Made by a program: the position numbers and the translations under genes. DNA of 64,000 nucleotides from Sedimentisphaerales bacterium (GTDB lineage: Bacteria > Planctomycetota > Phycisphaerae > Sedimentisphaerales > SM23-30), in assembly GCA_963663805.2 (NCBI GenBank), contig CAXXMR010000014.1:89016-153015 (forward strand), in the 5' to 3' direction. Of the stretch, positions 31,535-42,515 are shown piece by piece (positions within the stretch are counted from its first letter, which is position 1; each line of letters opens with the position of its first letter). Below the pieces are notes generated by a model. The model was not told the origin of the DNA. It saw only the letters and a list, made by a program, of their open reading frames with translations, and searched no databases.

Positions 31535-32068
31535 TTAGAACTCGTCATACGTACCGCCGGAAACCGCGGATTCGTCAGTATTGGCGATAATTTCACCGGT
31601 AACCGTGCTGTACTTCCAACCTGTACCATCAGTCAAAGCCGCCGCCAAGGCACCAGCATCGGTCGTAACCGTTACATCAGCGTTGCCCGCCAATGTGCCG
31701 ACCGACAATTCCGGGAACGTGCCGCGAATATACGGGCCGTAAGGATAGCTGTCAGATTTCGTCGCGGATACTTCGCCCGCGGCATTGCTGTACATCGTCA
31801 ACTGGTTCGTGAAGGCATCCGCTGAACCGGCAGCACCAAAAGAACCACCAGCCAACTTAACACCCGGAAAAGTGCTGTAATGCTCGCCATAGTACCAGTC
31901 AATCGCGTTACGCAGAGTTTGCAGATTAGCACGCAAAGCCGCTTCACCGGCGTTGCGACTGCCGGAACTGATACGCGGAATTGCTATCGCGGCGATAATA
32001 CCCAGAATAACAATAACAATAACCAACTCGACCAGACTGAATCCTTTTCTCTTTTCGCTACCAAACAT
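31535..32068 (-). CDS. Type IV pilin / T2SS pseudopilin
   Basis: KRKG|FSLVELVIVIVILGIIAAIAIP class III signal peptide. Confidence 0.93.
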   Translation of the reverse strand: MFGSEKRKGFSLVELVIVIVILGIIAAIAIPRISSGSRNAGEAALRANLQTLRNAIDWYYGEHYSTFPGVKLAGGSFGAAGSADAFTNQLTMYSNAAGEVSATKSDSYPYGPYIRGTFPELSVGTLAGNADVTVTTDAGALAAALTDGTGWKYSTVTGEIIANTDESAVSGGTYDEF

Positions 32069-32278
32069 GTCTTACTCCTTCCCCAACAGGGTTTTTACTC
32101 GGCCCACACCTGTGGGCCATTAAATATACGTTTTTTCCTTAGACTATAAGTCTCTCAGCATTAATAAAATCGGACAACACTTAACCACGCTTTATTAACA
32201 CTTGCGAAAAAACAATCTAATAATGCCATAAAGTCGCTTTTCACGTCCCGCTATCCGCACAACCGTTACAAACCGAAC

Positions 32279-32863
32279 TCATTTCACCCATTCCGGCCCT
32301 TTATCAAGCGACACTATTACTCGCATTTCCCCCTTTTCCAGCACCACGCTTGATTCTCGGACCTCAACCAAACGGTAATTACCGATGCTCTCATCAGGGA
32401 ATACCACCCGACCGCTCAGCAAAGCGCAACTGCCTCCCGAACGCTGTAAAATCGAACTCAGTTCCGGTAAATCCCGCCCCGGATCAACCTTAACTTCAAC
32501 CTCTGCCTTTTCTTCAATCACCACCGGGGGGCGACTCTGCGCGATAAACGCCGCCGAGGGTAAAAATACATCACGCTTAACCGCCGGGGCAATCACCGAC
32601 GCTTCAAATGCCAATTCCGCAGCCGAGGACTCAACCAAAGCATCTATATTAGCTGATACCCACACCGGCTCCCCCTGGTCAGGCCCGTGCGAAACCAAAG
32701 GTGTTTTCGAATTCGATAAACTGCTCCGCCCGGACGGTTTCGAGGACGCCGCCTGAGATTTCTGCGGCCCGCTCACGCCCCCCGTACCCGAACTCTTATC
32801 CCAGAACAGCACCCCCACCGCTAAAGCCAGCACACCTAAATATATCAAACGCGTCCGTGACAT
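32279..32863 (-). CDS. PilP/GspC-like accessory protein
   Basis: N-terminal TM, RDVF, beta-rich C-terminus; follows PilO-like gene. Confidence 0.55.
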   Translation of the reverse strand: MSRTRLIYLGVLALAVGVLFWDKSSGTGGVSGPQKSQAASSKPSGRSSLSNSKTPLVSHGPDQGEPVWVSANIDALVESSAAELAFEASVIAPAVKRDVFLPSAAFIAQSRPPVVIEEKAEVEVKVDPGRDLPELSSILQRSGGSCALLSGRVVFPDESIGNYRLVEVRESSVVLEKGEMRVIVSLDKGPEWVK

Positions 32864-32865
32864 AA

Positions 32866-33420
32866 TCACCTCGGAAAAAATACATGCAAATCTATATATG
32901 CCCTGCACAACGCACCGCCCCCCTGCGGACTATTCTCGATTGTCATGCTCAAAACCCGCACATAAGGCAGTTTGTCCTGCAAAGCCTTCACAAAACCTTG
33001 CATATGAGGAAAATCACCGGCCAACTGTAAAGTCAGCACCGTATGACTGAAATACTCCGAACGCTCAACCTCACCCGGCGTAAGCTCATTCAGTACCAGG
33101 CCCGTAGCATCCGCCAGAATACCCAGACGCCTCACAATCTCCGACATACCGGGATTGCCCCGCAGAACATCCGGCGTACGACTCAGCCTCTCGGCCAATA
33201 ACTTTTGTTGTTTAGCCACTTCTTCCAGACGCTTCAGCTCACCCGCTGAACTCTGCTGCTGATTCAGGGCTGAATCGCAGTCGGTATTACGCTGAGCAAT
33301 AGCATCATCCAAAGGACGCAAAGCACCCAGAAAAGTGCCCGCCGCCAAAACCGCCAGCACCCCGATACCATAAAGGTCAACATCAAATATTTTAGGTTTA
33401 TTCAATAATAACATTGTCAA
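32866..33420 (-). CDS. PilO/GspM-like protein
   Basis: TM + coiled coil + GDFPHMQGFV ferredoxin-like region; synteny. Confidence 0.7.
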   Translation of the reverse strand: MTMLLLNKPKIFDVDLYGIGVLAVLAAGTFLGALRPLDDAIAQRNTDCDSALNQQQSSAGELKRLEEVAKQQKLLAERLSRTPDVLRGNPGMSEIVRRLGILADATGLVLNELTPGEVERSEYFSHTVLTLQLAGDFPHMQGFVKALQDKLPYVRVLSMTIENSPQGGGALCRAYIDLHVFFPR

Positions 33421-33440
33421 TCACTCTTCCGCTAACCAAA

Positions 33441-34187
33441 TTACCAGTGCCCAATTTCTTCCGCAGCCGCCGTCGTCATGCCGTCGCCCATCAGACTATT
33501 CGGTATCAAAATACACTTCACCGAAAACTCCAGCACCATGGGCCGAGCGTCATTACGCGAAGTACTGGTCAACTGTATATCCGCAAACATATTCGTCCCC
33601 CGCAAAGCCTGAAGCAAATCCGCTACCACCTGATGCTTCGTCGTCAACCCCTTTATTTCCAGCGTAAACAGACTTTCAGTTATATCTGTCGGTTTCTTTT
33701 CTTCTTTCTTCTCGCCTTCCTGGCCCGGTTCACCCGAAAGGGCCGCGTTACGCAAAACAAACATCTGAGCCATTTTCGGCAAGTTTGGCATCTCCGCCTG
33801 ACCGCCCTCTTCCTCCTCTACCAAAGGCCCCAGCTGCATCGACTGAACCCAGACCAGCTCCGGACACCGACGCACAACTTCCTCAACAATCGTATTCGCA
33901 CCCGGATAGGCACTTAGCCTTTCCTGAAGGGCCAACCGACTTTTCCATCTCAGCAACTGATTCTCCGCGGTCGCCAAAGAAGATATGTTTTTGTCAAGCT
34001 GCTGAAATTTCTCATTCGCTTCCCGATACGAACGGTCCGCGTTCAGATACGCCGCGTACTTAACTGTTATGCTCCCCAGACACAACAGCAGCATCACCAC
34101 CCCCCCCCCAATCGTCCAGAGACGCTTCCGCTTCCGCCGAATACCGTCCAGCCGAAATTCCTGCGGTATCAGATTTACCGTACTCAT
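33441..34187 (-). CDS. PilN-like protein
   Basis: N-terminal VNLIP motif, TM, coiled coil; ATGA overlap with PilM-like gene. Confidence 0.8.
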   Translation of the reverse strand: MSTVNLIPQEFRLDGIRRKRKRLWTIGGGVVMLLLCLGSITVKYAAYLNADRSYREANEKFQQLDKNISSLATAENQLLRWKSRLALQERLSAYPGANTIVEEVVRRCPELVWVQSMQLGPLVEEEEGGQAEMPNLPKMAQMFVLRNAALSGEPGQEGEKKEEKKPTDITESLFTLEIKGLTTKHQVVADLLQALRGTNMFADIQLTSTSRNDARPMVLEFSVKCILIPNSLMGDGMTTAAAEEIGHW

Positions 34188-35494
34188 GCCGTACCCCCTC
34201 TCGGCAACGCCAGTCCAACCGCCGTCGCCCAACGACCGCTCTGTTGCTGACCCGCCGGCAGATTCTCCACAATCTCATCCAAAAGCGGATGGCTCACATG
34301 TTCTATCGGAATTTCACCATTCTCCGCCAACAGAATATCCAGTTCCCGCGTATGACCGCCTGTCCCGCAAAGCAAAATCTTATGAAGCCGACAGCGGCGA
34401 TACTCATTTATTATATAGTTCAACGAACGGGTAAGCTGCTCGATAAAATCTGCTACATCACCCCGTACCGCCGCGTGAATCTGACGGGCAATTTCACCAT
34501 CCCGCTGCATCGTGGCGGTACCGACACCGTTACCATTCAACGACCAGCCGTTGGCCGCCTGACTACCCGCCGAAACACCGCTCAAACCATAAAGATTCTT
34601 TAACCGCTCCGCCTGAGAAGCTTCCAAACCCAGGGCACCTGCCACTTTTTGGGTCATAACCCGTCCCCCAAAAGAAAACGTCCGGCAAAACACCGCCCCC
34701 TCATCGCCGGCAACCGTAAGAGTGCTGCGACGATGACCAACATCAAGAATCGCCATCAGACGATTCGCGGTATCGCCAACGGCATTACCTTCGTCAGTCA
34801 TTTCCGCCCGCCCATAAACCGGCGAACTCTGCACCAGCCGAGACATCACACAAGGAAAAGCGTCGATACCAACACACTGCAAACCGGCTTCACCTATCAA
34901 TTTAATCCGACGTTTAATCCACTGGCCGTCAGCCGTAACCGCCATCAAACGCAAAAGCCGACGCTCACCGTCATAAATACGCTGCGAAAAATCAAACACC
35001 GCTTCCTCAACCGAAAAACCCAAATGACCGCCCAGTTGTATCTTTAACGCACCCAGAATCGCTTCCTCCGGCAAACCTTCAGGACCAGACGGCAGCTCTA
35101 TTGGACGCATGTCCAGCCGGTCCGCCGGACAATGCAGCACAACCTCGCGACCCTTAAAAGCCGCGTGACGAGCCAGCCGCTCCAACTGACCTTTCAGAAC
35201 CTTCTCCCGACGCATCTGCTCTATTGCACTCTTGTCAATCCGCGGTTTGACTTCCGGCACAGTCGCGACAACACCTTCAGCCCTGCCCAGAATATCACTG
35301 CCGTCATTATCCACCGGCTCGGCTTCTGCCTCTTCAATCTCAACTTTCGCGTCAGACCACCGCGGCATCACTTCCAACCCCGCCCGAACATGCAGATCAT
35401 CACCCCGCCCGAAAAGCTGTACCGCCCGCAAGGCCGTACCGCCCAGGTCAAGACCTATCGCGTAACTCTTGTGATGTCCCAGGTTCATCTTCAT
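34184..35494 (-). CDS. PilM-like actin-fold pilus assembly protein
   Basis: IGLDLG, LDVGH, FGG, LLCGTGG, AVGLAL. Confidence 0.85.
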   Translation of the reverse strand: MKMNLGHHKSYAIGLDLGGTALRAVQLFGRGDDLHVRAGLEVMPRWSDAKVEIEEAEAEPVDNDGSDILGRAEGVVATVPEVKPRIDKSAIEQMRREKVLKGQLERLARHAAFKGREVVLHCPADRLDMRPIELPSGPEGLPEEAILGALKIQLGGHLGFSVEEAVFDFSQRIYDGERRLLRLMAVTADGQWIKRRIKLIGEAGLQCVGIDAFPCVMSRLVQSSPVYGRAEMTDEGNAVGDTANRLMAILDVGHRRSTLTVAGDEGAVFCRTFSFGGRVMTQKVAGALGLEASQAERLKNLYGLSGVSAGSQAANGWSLNGNGVGTATMQRDGEIARQIHAAVRGDVADFIEQLTRSLNYIINEYRRCRLHKILLCGTGGHTRELDILLAENGEIPIEHVSHPLLDEIVENLPAGQQQSGRWATAVGLALPRGGTA

Positions 35495-35495
35495 A

Positions 35496-36749
35496 CTAAC
35501 CGCCCGCAATCTTGGACAAATCAAACATCGGCAATACCAGCGACATCGCCACGGTCCCAATAACTATGCCCATAAAAATTAAAATCAGCGGTTCCAGCAC
35601 ACTCGTCAAAGTCGAAACCTGCGTGTCATTGCGGTCGTCCAGGTAATCCGCCAGCATCGTCATGATTTCGCCTATCTTGCCGTTATCCTCACCCGTATGC
35701 ACCATCGCCGCCGTACTCGACGGAACCAGCGGACTACGACGCATAACGTCATGCATCGATAAACCCTGCAAGATATTCTCATGCATCTCTTCGACCAGCT
35801 CAACGTAAAGATAATTCTTCACCGAATGAGCCGTAAGCTCCAATGCCTCGACGAGGGTAATATTCGCGCTGACCAGCAAACCTATCAGCCGAAATATCCG
35901 CGCGTTGATAATCGACGACACTAAAGGACCGACTATCGGCATCCGAATCGAAAACCTCGCGACAAACCGACGACCTGCCTCACTCTTGAACCAGAAAACA
36001 ATCGCCGTAATAATCCCCGCTAAACCTATCAGAGTTATCAATAAGTTGCCACGCACAAAATGCGATAACGCCAGAAAAGCCTTGGTGCTGGCCGGTAAAT
36101 CTACGTTCATCTCCTCAAAAACCCCCTCAAATCGCGGCAGTACAAAAAATATCAGCACGCACAATACCGAAATCGCGATAACCGTCAACAACGCCGGATA
36201 AATCATCGCCGACACAACCTTGCTGCGTATCCGGTCCGACTGATTCGACAAATCCGCTAGCCGCTTAAATATCATACTCAGATTACCCGAAGTCTCGCCC
36301 GCCGAAATCATACTTACATACAAGGGGTCAAATACCTCCGGAAAAGCACCCACCCCAGAAGCCATACTACCCCCCTCCTCAACATGTTGACTTATCCGAC
36401 TTATCAACTCCCGCCAGTGCGGACATGCCACCTGGCTCTTGATAGCCGTCATCGAATTAGCAACCGTCGTACCGGTCTCCAGCATAATCGACAACTGGGC
36501 CGTAAATATCGGCAAATGCTTTTTCGATGCCCGATGAGGGTTCGCCACCGGGGTCCGGTCCAAAAATTTCAAAAATGAAATCTTGCCCAAACCACCACCG
36601 GACTGTCCCTCATTACCCTCAGCTTCGATATGTACCGGAGTCAGACCCCGCCGCGCCAGCTCCGCACTCGCCTGAGCAATGTCCTCCAGAGTCAGAGTGT
36701 CCGCTACCATCACCCCCGCCTTATTGATTGCCCGAAACTTAACCTGCAT
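35496..36749 (-). CDS. PilC/GspF inner-membrane platform protein
   Basis: FTAQLSIML, AGETSGNL, AMIYP, LEPLILIFMG. Confidence 0.93.
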   Translation of the reverse strand: MQVKFRAINKAGVMVADTLTLEDIAQASAELARRGLTPVHIEAEGNEGQSGGGLGKISFLKFLDRTPVANPHRASKKHLPIFTAQLSIMLETGTTVANSMTAIKSQVACPHWRELISRISQHVEEGGSMASGVGAFPEVFDPLYVSMISAGETSGNLSMIFKRLADLSNQSDRIRSKVVSAMIYPALLTVIAISVLCVLIFFVLPRFEGVFEEMNVDLPASTKAFLALSHFVRGNLLITLIGLAGIITAIVFWFKSEAGRRFVARFSIRMPIVGPLVSSIINARIFRLIGLLVSANITLVEALELTAHSVKNYLYVELVEEMHENILQGLSMHDVMRRSPLVPSSTAAMVHTGEDNGKIGEIMTMLADYLDDRNDTQVSTLTSVLEPLILIFMGIVIGTVAMSLVLPMFDLSKIAGG

Positions 36750-36752
36750 ATC

Positions 36753-38540
36753 TTATTTCACCGCCTCCCCTTCAACTCCAACCGCAGTCGCCAACTCCGG
36801 CACCGCCGCGGCGCTGACCGTGTCTTCTACCTCCTCAACATAACAAACCCGCAGCATTTCTTCGATGGTCGTGATGCCCTGCTCAACATAAGCCATAGCC
36901 CCCGTCTTCAAATCCACCCAGCGACCTTCACGCGCCAGAACCTGTTTAATCTGCATCGCACTGGGACGAGACAAAATCAACTGACGTATCTCCTGAGTCA
37001 TCTCCAAAGTCTCACACACCGCACGGCGTCCCTTATATCCGCTGTCATGACACAACGGACAACCCTCGCCGCGATGAAAAGCCCGGTTCCTGGGACCGGA
37101 CCAGCCTATGTCACGCAAAATCGTGTCTTCCGGAAAATAAGTCGTCTTGCACTTCGGACATATCGTCCGCAATAGCCGCTGAGCCACAACCCCCACCAGA
37201 CTGGATGCCAGCAAATATGGTTCGATACCCATATTCAAAAGACGTGTCACCGCACCGGGAGAATCATTCGTATGCAATGTACTCAATACAATATGACCGG
37301 TCAACGCCGCCTGAACCGCGACCTTGGCGGTCTCGTCATCGCGAATCTCACCAACCATTACGATATCCGGATCTTGACGCAAAACACTACGCAGCGTACG
37401 GGCAAAAGTCAGCCCCACCGCTTCATGCACCTGAGTCTGATTGACCAGCTCCAACTGATACTCAACCGGATCCTCAATCGTAATAATATTACGTTCCTTC
37501 GAACGCAGTAAATCCAAAGCCGAATACAACGTCGTAGTCTTACCAGAACCGGTAGGCCCCGTCACCAGAAACAAGCCGTAAGGCTTAGCCAGCATCCGCC
37601 GCAAGGCCTGAACCATCTCCGGCGCATAGCCCAGCTTATCAAGATTAAGCTGTAAATTACTCTTATCCAGAACACGCATGACGATCTTCTCGCCCAATAT
37701 CGTCGGCATCGACGAAATACGCAAATCAATCTCCCGCCCCTCCACCATTATATGTATCCGGCCTTCCTGAGGGATACGCTTCTCAGCAATGTCCATCTTG
37801 CCCACAACCTTGATACGAGAAATAATCGCCGCATGCCATTCTTTCGGAGGAGTCATCAAATCATGCAAAATCCCGTCTATACGATAACGGATCCGAACAT
37901 TATATTTGTCCGGCTCGATATGAATATCTGAAGCACCTTCCTTCACCGACTGCATTATCGTCATATTCACCAGATTAACCACCGGACTGCCGTCGGTTAT
38001 CTCCGTCAGGTCAATTATCCCGCCTTCGTCAATGGCTTCCTTATCAATAACCTCAACATGGGCATCTTCCAGAGAAGCCATAAACGTATCGATCTTTACA
38101 TTCTGAGCGTAATACTTCTTGATACAGTCTTTGATATTATCTTCCAACGCGATTACCGGCTGAACCCGCAGACCTGTCGTACGCTCCAAATCATCCACCA
38201 CCAGCAAGGCTTGCGGCTCCGACATCGCAATCGTCAAAGTGTTCTCAACCTTGAACATCGGAATAATCACATGACGCTCAGCAACTTCCTTGTCGATGGT
38301 GTCAACCACCAGCGGATCAATCAGACCCGCGCGAAGCTGAACCGCCGGCAAACCCAGACGACGCGAAAGAGTATCCAGAACCACCGACTCTTCCACAATC
38401 TTCTGGTCAACCAGAAGCTCACCCAGCTTTTTACGCGTAGACTTCTGACGCTTCAGAACCTTGTTCAGCTCTTCTTCGCTCAGATGACCATCCTGGACCA
38501 GCATCTGACCCAGCTTGATTGCCTGCGCCAGTAATTTCAT
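36753..38540 (-). CDS. PilB/GspE assembly ATPase with MshEN-like N-terminus
   Basis: ASDIHIEP, GPTGSGKTTTLY, LRQDPD, GEIRD, two CxxC; KLGQMLV...KLGELLV. Confidence 0.95.
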   Translation of the reverse strand: MKLLAQAIKLGQMLVQDGHLSEEELNKVLKRQKSTRKKLGELLVDQKIVEESVVLDTLSRRLGLPAVQLRAGLIDPLVVDTIDKEVAERHVIIPMFKVENTLTIAMSEPQALLVVDDLERTTGLRVQPVIALEDNIKDCIKKYYAQNVKIDTFMASLEDAHVEVIDKEAIDEGGIIDLTEITDGSPVVNLVNMTIMQSVKEGASDIHIEPDKYNVRIRYRIDGILHDLMTPPKEWHAAIISRIKVVGKMDIAEKRIPQEGRIHIMVEGREIDLRISSMPTILGEKIVMRVLDKSNLQLNLDKLGYAPEMVQALRRMLAKPYGLFLVTGPTGSGKTTTLYSALDLLRSKERNIITIEDPVEYQLELVNQTQVHEAVGLTFARTLRSVLRQDPDIVMVGEIRDDETAKVAVQAALTGHIVLSTLHTNDSPGAVTRLLNMGIEPYLLASSLVGVVAQRLLRTICPKCKTTYFPEDTILRDIGWSGPRNRAFHRGEGCPLCHDSGYKGRRAVCETLEMTQEIRQLILSRPSAMQIKQVLAREGRWVDLKTGAMAYVEQGITTIEEMLRVCYVEEVEDTVSAAAVPELATAVGVEGEAVK

Positions 38541-38872
38541 AGAAAACTCCGAACCGCACTGGAAGTATCAGGATACATCTGAAAACGCTTGCTTATCCGC
38601 GTTAAATCCAGAATCTTCCGGCTCATATCAGTTACACCCGCCAGCTTCAACTCTAATCCGTGCTCCGTGAACCAACGCTGATGCCGACACAATGTCTCCA
38701 AACCCGAACTGTCAAAAAACGGGGTCTCACTCAAATCCAAAACTATCCGACGAGTCCAGTTACGCTGCTGACGAGTCAGAATATTATCCAGACCGTCAAC
38801 CTCCGCCGCCACCGCCGCACCTATCGGCTGCAAGACCGTCACCGAACCTTCACGAGAGACATTAACCTGCAT
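38537..38872 (-). CDS. STAS-domain protein
   Basis: VLDLSETPFFDSSGL...ILDLTR. Confidence 0.88.
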   Translation of the reverse strand: MQVNVSREGSVTVLQPIGAAVAAEVDGLDNILTRQQRNWTRRIVLDLSETPFFDSSGLETLCRHQRWFTEHGLELKLAGVTDMSRKILDLTRISKRFQMYPDTSSAVRSFL

Positions 38873-38875
38873 CGC

Positions 38876-40180
38876 CTAAACCTCCACCGGCTCAGCCTGC
38901 AAACGAACCTTATGACTGCTGCATTTGCCTTCGACTTCACGACTGAACAAACGATCATAAAGACGGTCCAGTTGCTGCTGTACTTTCCCTTTATAACTAC
39001 GCTGGTCTGTTACCGCCCAACGCAGCTCCAGCACATCCATATTCAACTCACCCGCCAACGGACTGCTCGGCAGTTGATTGTCAACATTCTGCATTACATG
39101 TTTCAGCGTCGCTTCCGCCAGAAAATCATCCGCGTTTTGCAGCATCAACGCGAATACATCATCCGCCGTGCGACCCAAAAGAAAAGGACGCTCCTGCTGC
39201 TTCAACGTCTCATTTATACAACGGGCCAGCAAACCCGTAAGGTCACGCCACTGCCGAGAGTGTCCCGCAAACATCCCCCGAAAACCTTTTATCGTTATCA
39301 CCGCCATACCAAACAGCTTGCCTTCGTGCATGGCACTGTCTGCCGCCAACTGACTCTGAGCCAAAAATGCGTCATCCCGCAAAACACCGCTCAATTCATC
39401 ATGCTCAACCGCCCATTGACGTTGGTTCGTCGCCTGCAACTGATTCCACACCAGAGAAATCAAATCAACCGCCGTGCGAAAATCCAAACCGCCCCCCTGG
39501 CCCTGCTGACCATCCAGCAACTCCACATTTATCAACAAAGGCTGACCATGTTCACGATACAACGGTATACACGCGTGAGTCTTAATCGTCGTGCCCTCAA
39601 ATGAATATGCTCCCGTATTACCCGGGTCAGCCAGATACGCCTCACCGCTTTTCAAAGCATGTTTGATACCCGCCGAATCCAGCAAAACCCGACAGGGACG
39701 ACGCGAAAATACCTCTTGAGAAAAAGCACTGTCCGCCCGACCCCGGCTCGGCCTAATCATACATTCCACTAATGACTTGCCGCTCTGGTCCGGCGACCAC
39801 AATGATATCCGGCAACCGCCCAAAGACTCACGTAAACATATCTCAATGATATTCGCGAAACAACAATAACGACCCAGTAAATCCTCACTACCCTGCATCT
39901 CCGCCAGCTCATCCAGAACCGTACGCAAATATCCCTCGCCCGAACCCGCGCCCCGTTCAACTTCACGAACAGTCTTGACCTTCTCAACTATTTTCAACTG
40001 TGTTTTCGGCTTGCGGCTCCAGCCCAGATGAACACCTGTCAGCATCGCGCCGCATATCAGCAAAGCCCCCACCAGACCATGCACCAGATTGCCCATCAGC
40101 AGTACGCTCAATACCATCATCGGTACCGCCACGCCTATTGAAACCAGACTTACTTCCTGAGCAGTCATCTCTTTTTTCAT
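38876..40180 (-). CDS. Membrane protein with GAF-like region and degenerate GGDEF domain
   Basis: Two TM helices; HDELSGV; GRTADDVFAL at the GGDEF position. Confidence 0.7.
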   Translation of the reverse strand: MKKEMTAQEVSLVSIGVAVPMMVLSVLLMGNLVHGLVGALLICGAMLTGVHLGWSRKPKTQLKIVEKVKTVREVERGAGSGEGYLRTVLDELAEMQGSEDLLGRYCCFANIIEICLRESLGGCRISLWSPDQSGKSLVECMIRPSRGRADSAFSQEVFSRRPCRVLLDSAGIKHALKSGEAYLADPGNTGAYSFEGTTIKTHACIPLYREHGQPLLINVELLDGQQGQGGGLDFRTAVDLISLVWNQLQATNQRQWAVEHDELSGVLRDDAFLAQSQLAADSAMHEGKLFGMAVITIKGFRGMFAGHSRQWRDLTGLLARCINETLKQQERPFLLGRTADDVFALMLQNADDFLAEATLKHVMQNVDNQLPSSPLAGELNMDVLELRWAVTDQRSYKGKVQQQLDRLYDRLFSREVEGKCSSHKVRLQAEPVEV

Positions 40181-40193
40181 CTCAAAACTCCAC

Positions 40194-41780
40194 TTATGAA
40201 TTTGCCACGCTCGGACCCAAAACCGGACCCGCCTCCGTTAGAGGTATCTTAACCAGCATTTCTGTGCCCTTGTTCAATTCGCTGGATACATTGATACTGC
40301 CTCCGTGCAGCGTAACAATCTCCTTGCTCGCCGCCAGACCCAGACCCGTCCCCGCCACATCAGCCGTCTCAGCACGCTCCACCCGATAAAACTTCTCGAA
40401 TATCCGAGTCAAATCATCCGCCCCAATACCGTAACCAGTATCTGTTATCTTGATACTGACGAACCTCTCGTCACAGCCGGTCTCCACAAAAACCGTACCG
40501 CCCTGCGGAGTATACTTAATCGCGTTGCTGACAATATTATTTATCACCACCGCCAATTTCTCACGGTCCGCCACAATATTGGGCAGCTTCGGATGATAAT
40601 TCGTCTGAATCGTAATCTGACGAGACTGCGCCATCGCACTCAAATCACCCACGCACTGACGCACCAGCCTGTCCAGAACAACCGGACCCTTATCCAGTGT
40701 CAGAGAACCGCTTTCCATCCGAGATAAATCCAGAACCTCATTCACCAGACGAGTCAAACGACCCGTCTCCTCGTTGATAACATTAAACGCTTCTTTCTGA
40801 GCATCCGCGTCCAGAACCATATCCGAAAGAAGCGTCTCGGTATAAGCCCGAATATTCGTAAGAGGACTGCGGAACTCATGACTGACATGCGCAATAAACT
40901 CATCGCGACTGGCCCGACTGATTTCCTGCTGAGTAATATCACGTATTATCAACATCACATCACCGCTGTCAGATGCATGGCTAACCTGCCGACCAAAAAC
41001 CCGCAAAATCGTCTGGTCTTCATCACCACCCACCACTGTCGGTTGTTCGCCATCCGCGTCAGTATCGTTACCAACCGGCACCGCCCTCACCCGCAAATCA
41101 AAACTAATCTCAGCCGTAAGTGAACCCGACGCCAACAAACAACCCAGCGCCTCCTGAGCTTCCTCGCCGCCAAACAATTCCCCCAATGACTTACCCAAAA
41201 TTTCTTCCTGAACCTTACCCAGCTTGCCCTCACAGGCCCGATTTGCCAATATCACCGCCCCGCTGTTATCCGCCAGAATTATCCCATCGGGCATAGCGTC
41301 CAATAACTGATTCAACTGCAATGCATCAAAACCCGTACGCTGTTTGTCCAGCTGCTCATGACTTTCACGCAACTGCAATTCCTGACGCAAATGCTCTATC
41401 GCCTCAACCAGCTTGCCCCAACCCAAAGAGGCCTCGGTCATCCCCAAGCTCACCGGACAGGGACCGATAACCTCCAGAGTCTGCTGCCACGACTCACTTT
41501 TTGACATATCTTCCAGATTTAATTCTATCCCGTGCTGGGCCCGACGCTGACGCAATAAACCCAACCCCACAAAACTCAAAGCAACCACAGAACCCAGCAA
41601 TGCAGTCGCCGCGACACCCAAAATTGTTTGAGGAATTTTTTCCTGACCCCATTCCGTCCCATAACTTATCGCCAAAGCCAGCATCCCCGCCGCCAGCAAG
41701 ATGCTCGACCACGCCAGTACCAACACCGCACACCCAGCGGCGTTGGTTCGCTGTATCAGGCTTTTACGACTTTTCTTCAA
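40194..41780 (-). CDS. Membrane PAS-domain sensor histidine kinase
   Basis: VSHEFRSPL, NIVSNAIKY, DTGYGI, FYRV, GTGLGL. Confidence 0.95.
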   Translation of the reverse strand: MKKSRKSLIQRTNAAGCAVLVLAWSSILLAAGMLALAISYGTEWGQEKIPQTILGVAATALLGSVVALSFVGLGLLRQRRAQHGIELNLEDMSKSESWQQTLEVIGPCPVSLGMTEASLGWGKLVEAIEHLRQELQLRESHEQLDKQRTGFDALQLNQLLDAMPDGIILADNSGAVILANRACEGKLGKVQEEILGKSLGELFGGEEAQEALGCLLASGSLTAEISFDLRVRAVPVGNDTDADGEQPTVVGGDEDQTILRVFGRQVSHASDSGDVMLIIRDITQQEISRASRDEFIAHVSHEFRSPLTNIRAYTETLLSDMVLDADAQKEAFNVINEETGRLTRLVNEVLDLSRMESGSLTLDKGPVVLDRLVRQCVGDLSAMAQSRQITIQTNYHPKLPNIVADREKLAVVINNIVSNAIKYTPQGGTVFVETGCDERFVSIKITDTGYGIGADDLTRIFEKFYRVERAETADVAGTGLGLAASKEIVTLHGGSINVSSELNKGTEMLVKIPLTEAGPVLGPSVANS

Positions 41781-42144
41781 GCTCTAAACCGCTCTTTCCG
41801 TACTCAAAAACAACCTAGACGGCCCAGGTCTGTCCCATAACTGTACATTACGCTTGGGCATTACGCCCCCCCACCGTACGCCGCATCATATTCCCTATCG
41901 ACTTATTGGAAGACCCAATTTCGACCCTTATAAACCCTTTTATAACCACTCCAAAAACCTGTAATAACCCTGAAATCGCACCCAACCCAAAATCTCCCCC
42001 AGCATCCGTTCCCAACTATGAATGCTCCCCAAACTATTACCTTAAGACAGCACTGCTATTTCCCGATAAAAAAAGACGATGGAGTAATGTAAATTGCAAC
42101 GGCCCGGGCCTCTGATTATTTGGACCTCAATTAACGGTGATGCA

Positions 42145-42513
42145 ATGAAAATAATGCTGGCGGACGACGACCCCAAACTGCATACCATAATAAAATTATG
42201 GCTTACCCGCAATGGCCATGAAATGACCGCCGCCGCAAATGGCAAAGATGCTCTCGAAATATTAAAAAACTATCAATTCGATGTACTCATCAGCGACGTT
42301 AATATGCCCCTCATGAACGGCATCGAACTCGTAAAGGAAACCCTTAAACTCGACAATCACCCCCCCACTATCATCATGCTCACCAGCCGCTGCGACCTCA
42401 CCGAACTTAAAAACGCCGTCGATAGCGGACACGTAACACTTTTCAACAAGCCCTTCAGCCCCGCGAAACTCATCGAACTCATCGATAAATCCCAAACCCA
42501 GACCGTGGAATAA
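42145..42513 (+). CDS. Stand-alone response regulator receiver
   Basis: LADDD, SDVNMP, MLTS, KPF. Confidence 0.93.
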   Translation: MKIMLADDDPKLHTIIKLWLTRNGHEMTAAANGKDALEILKNYQFDVLISDVNMPLMNGIELVKETLKLDNHPPTIIMLTSRCDLTELKNAVDSGHVTLFNKPFSPAKLIELIDKSQTQTVE

Positions 42514-42515
42514 AA

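Noticed and set aside
38660..39604. 314-aa plus-strand ORF and similar antisense ORFs in the pilus cluster
   Set aside because: They overlap well-supported minus-strand genes and are explained by codon and strand bias
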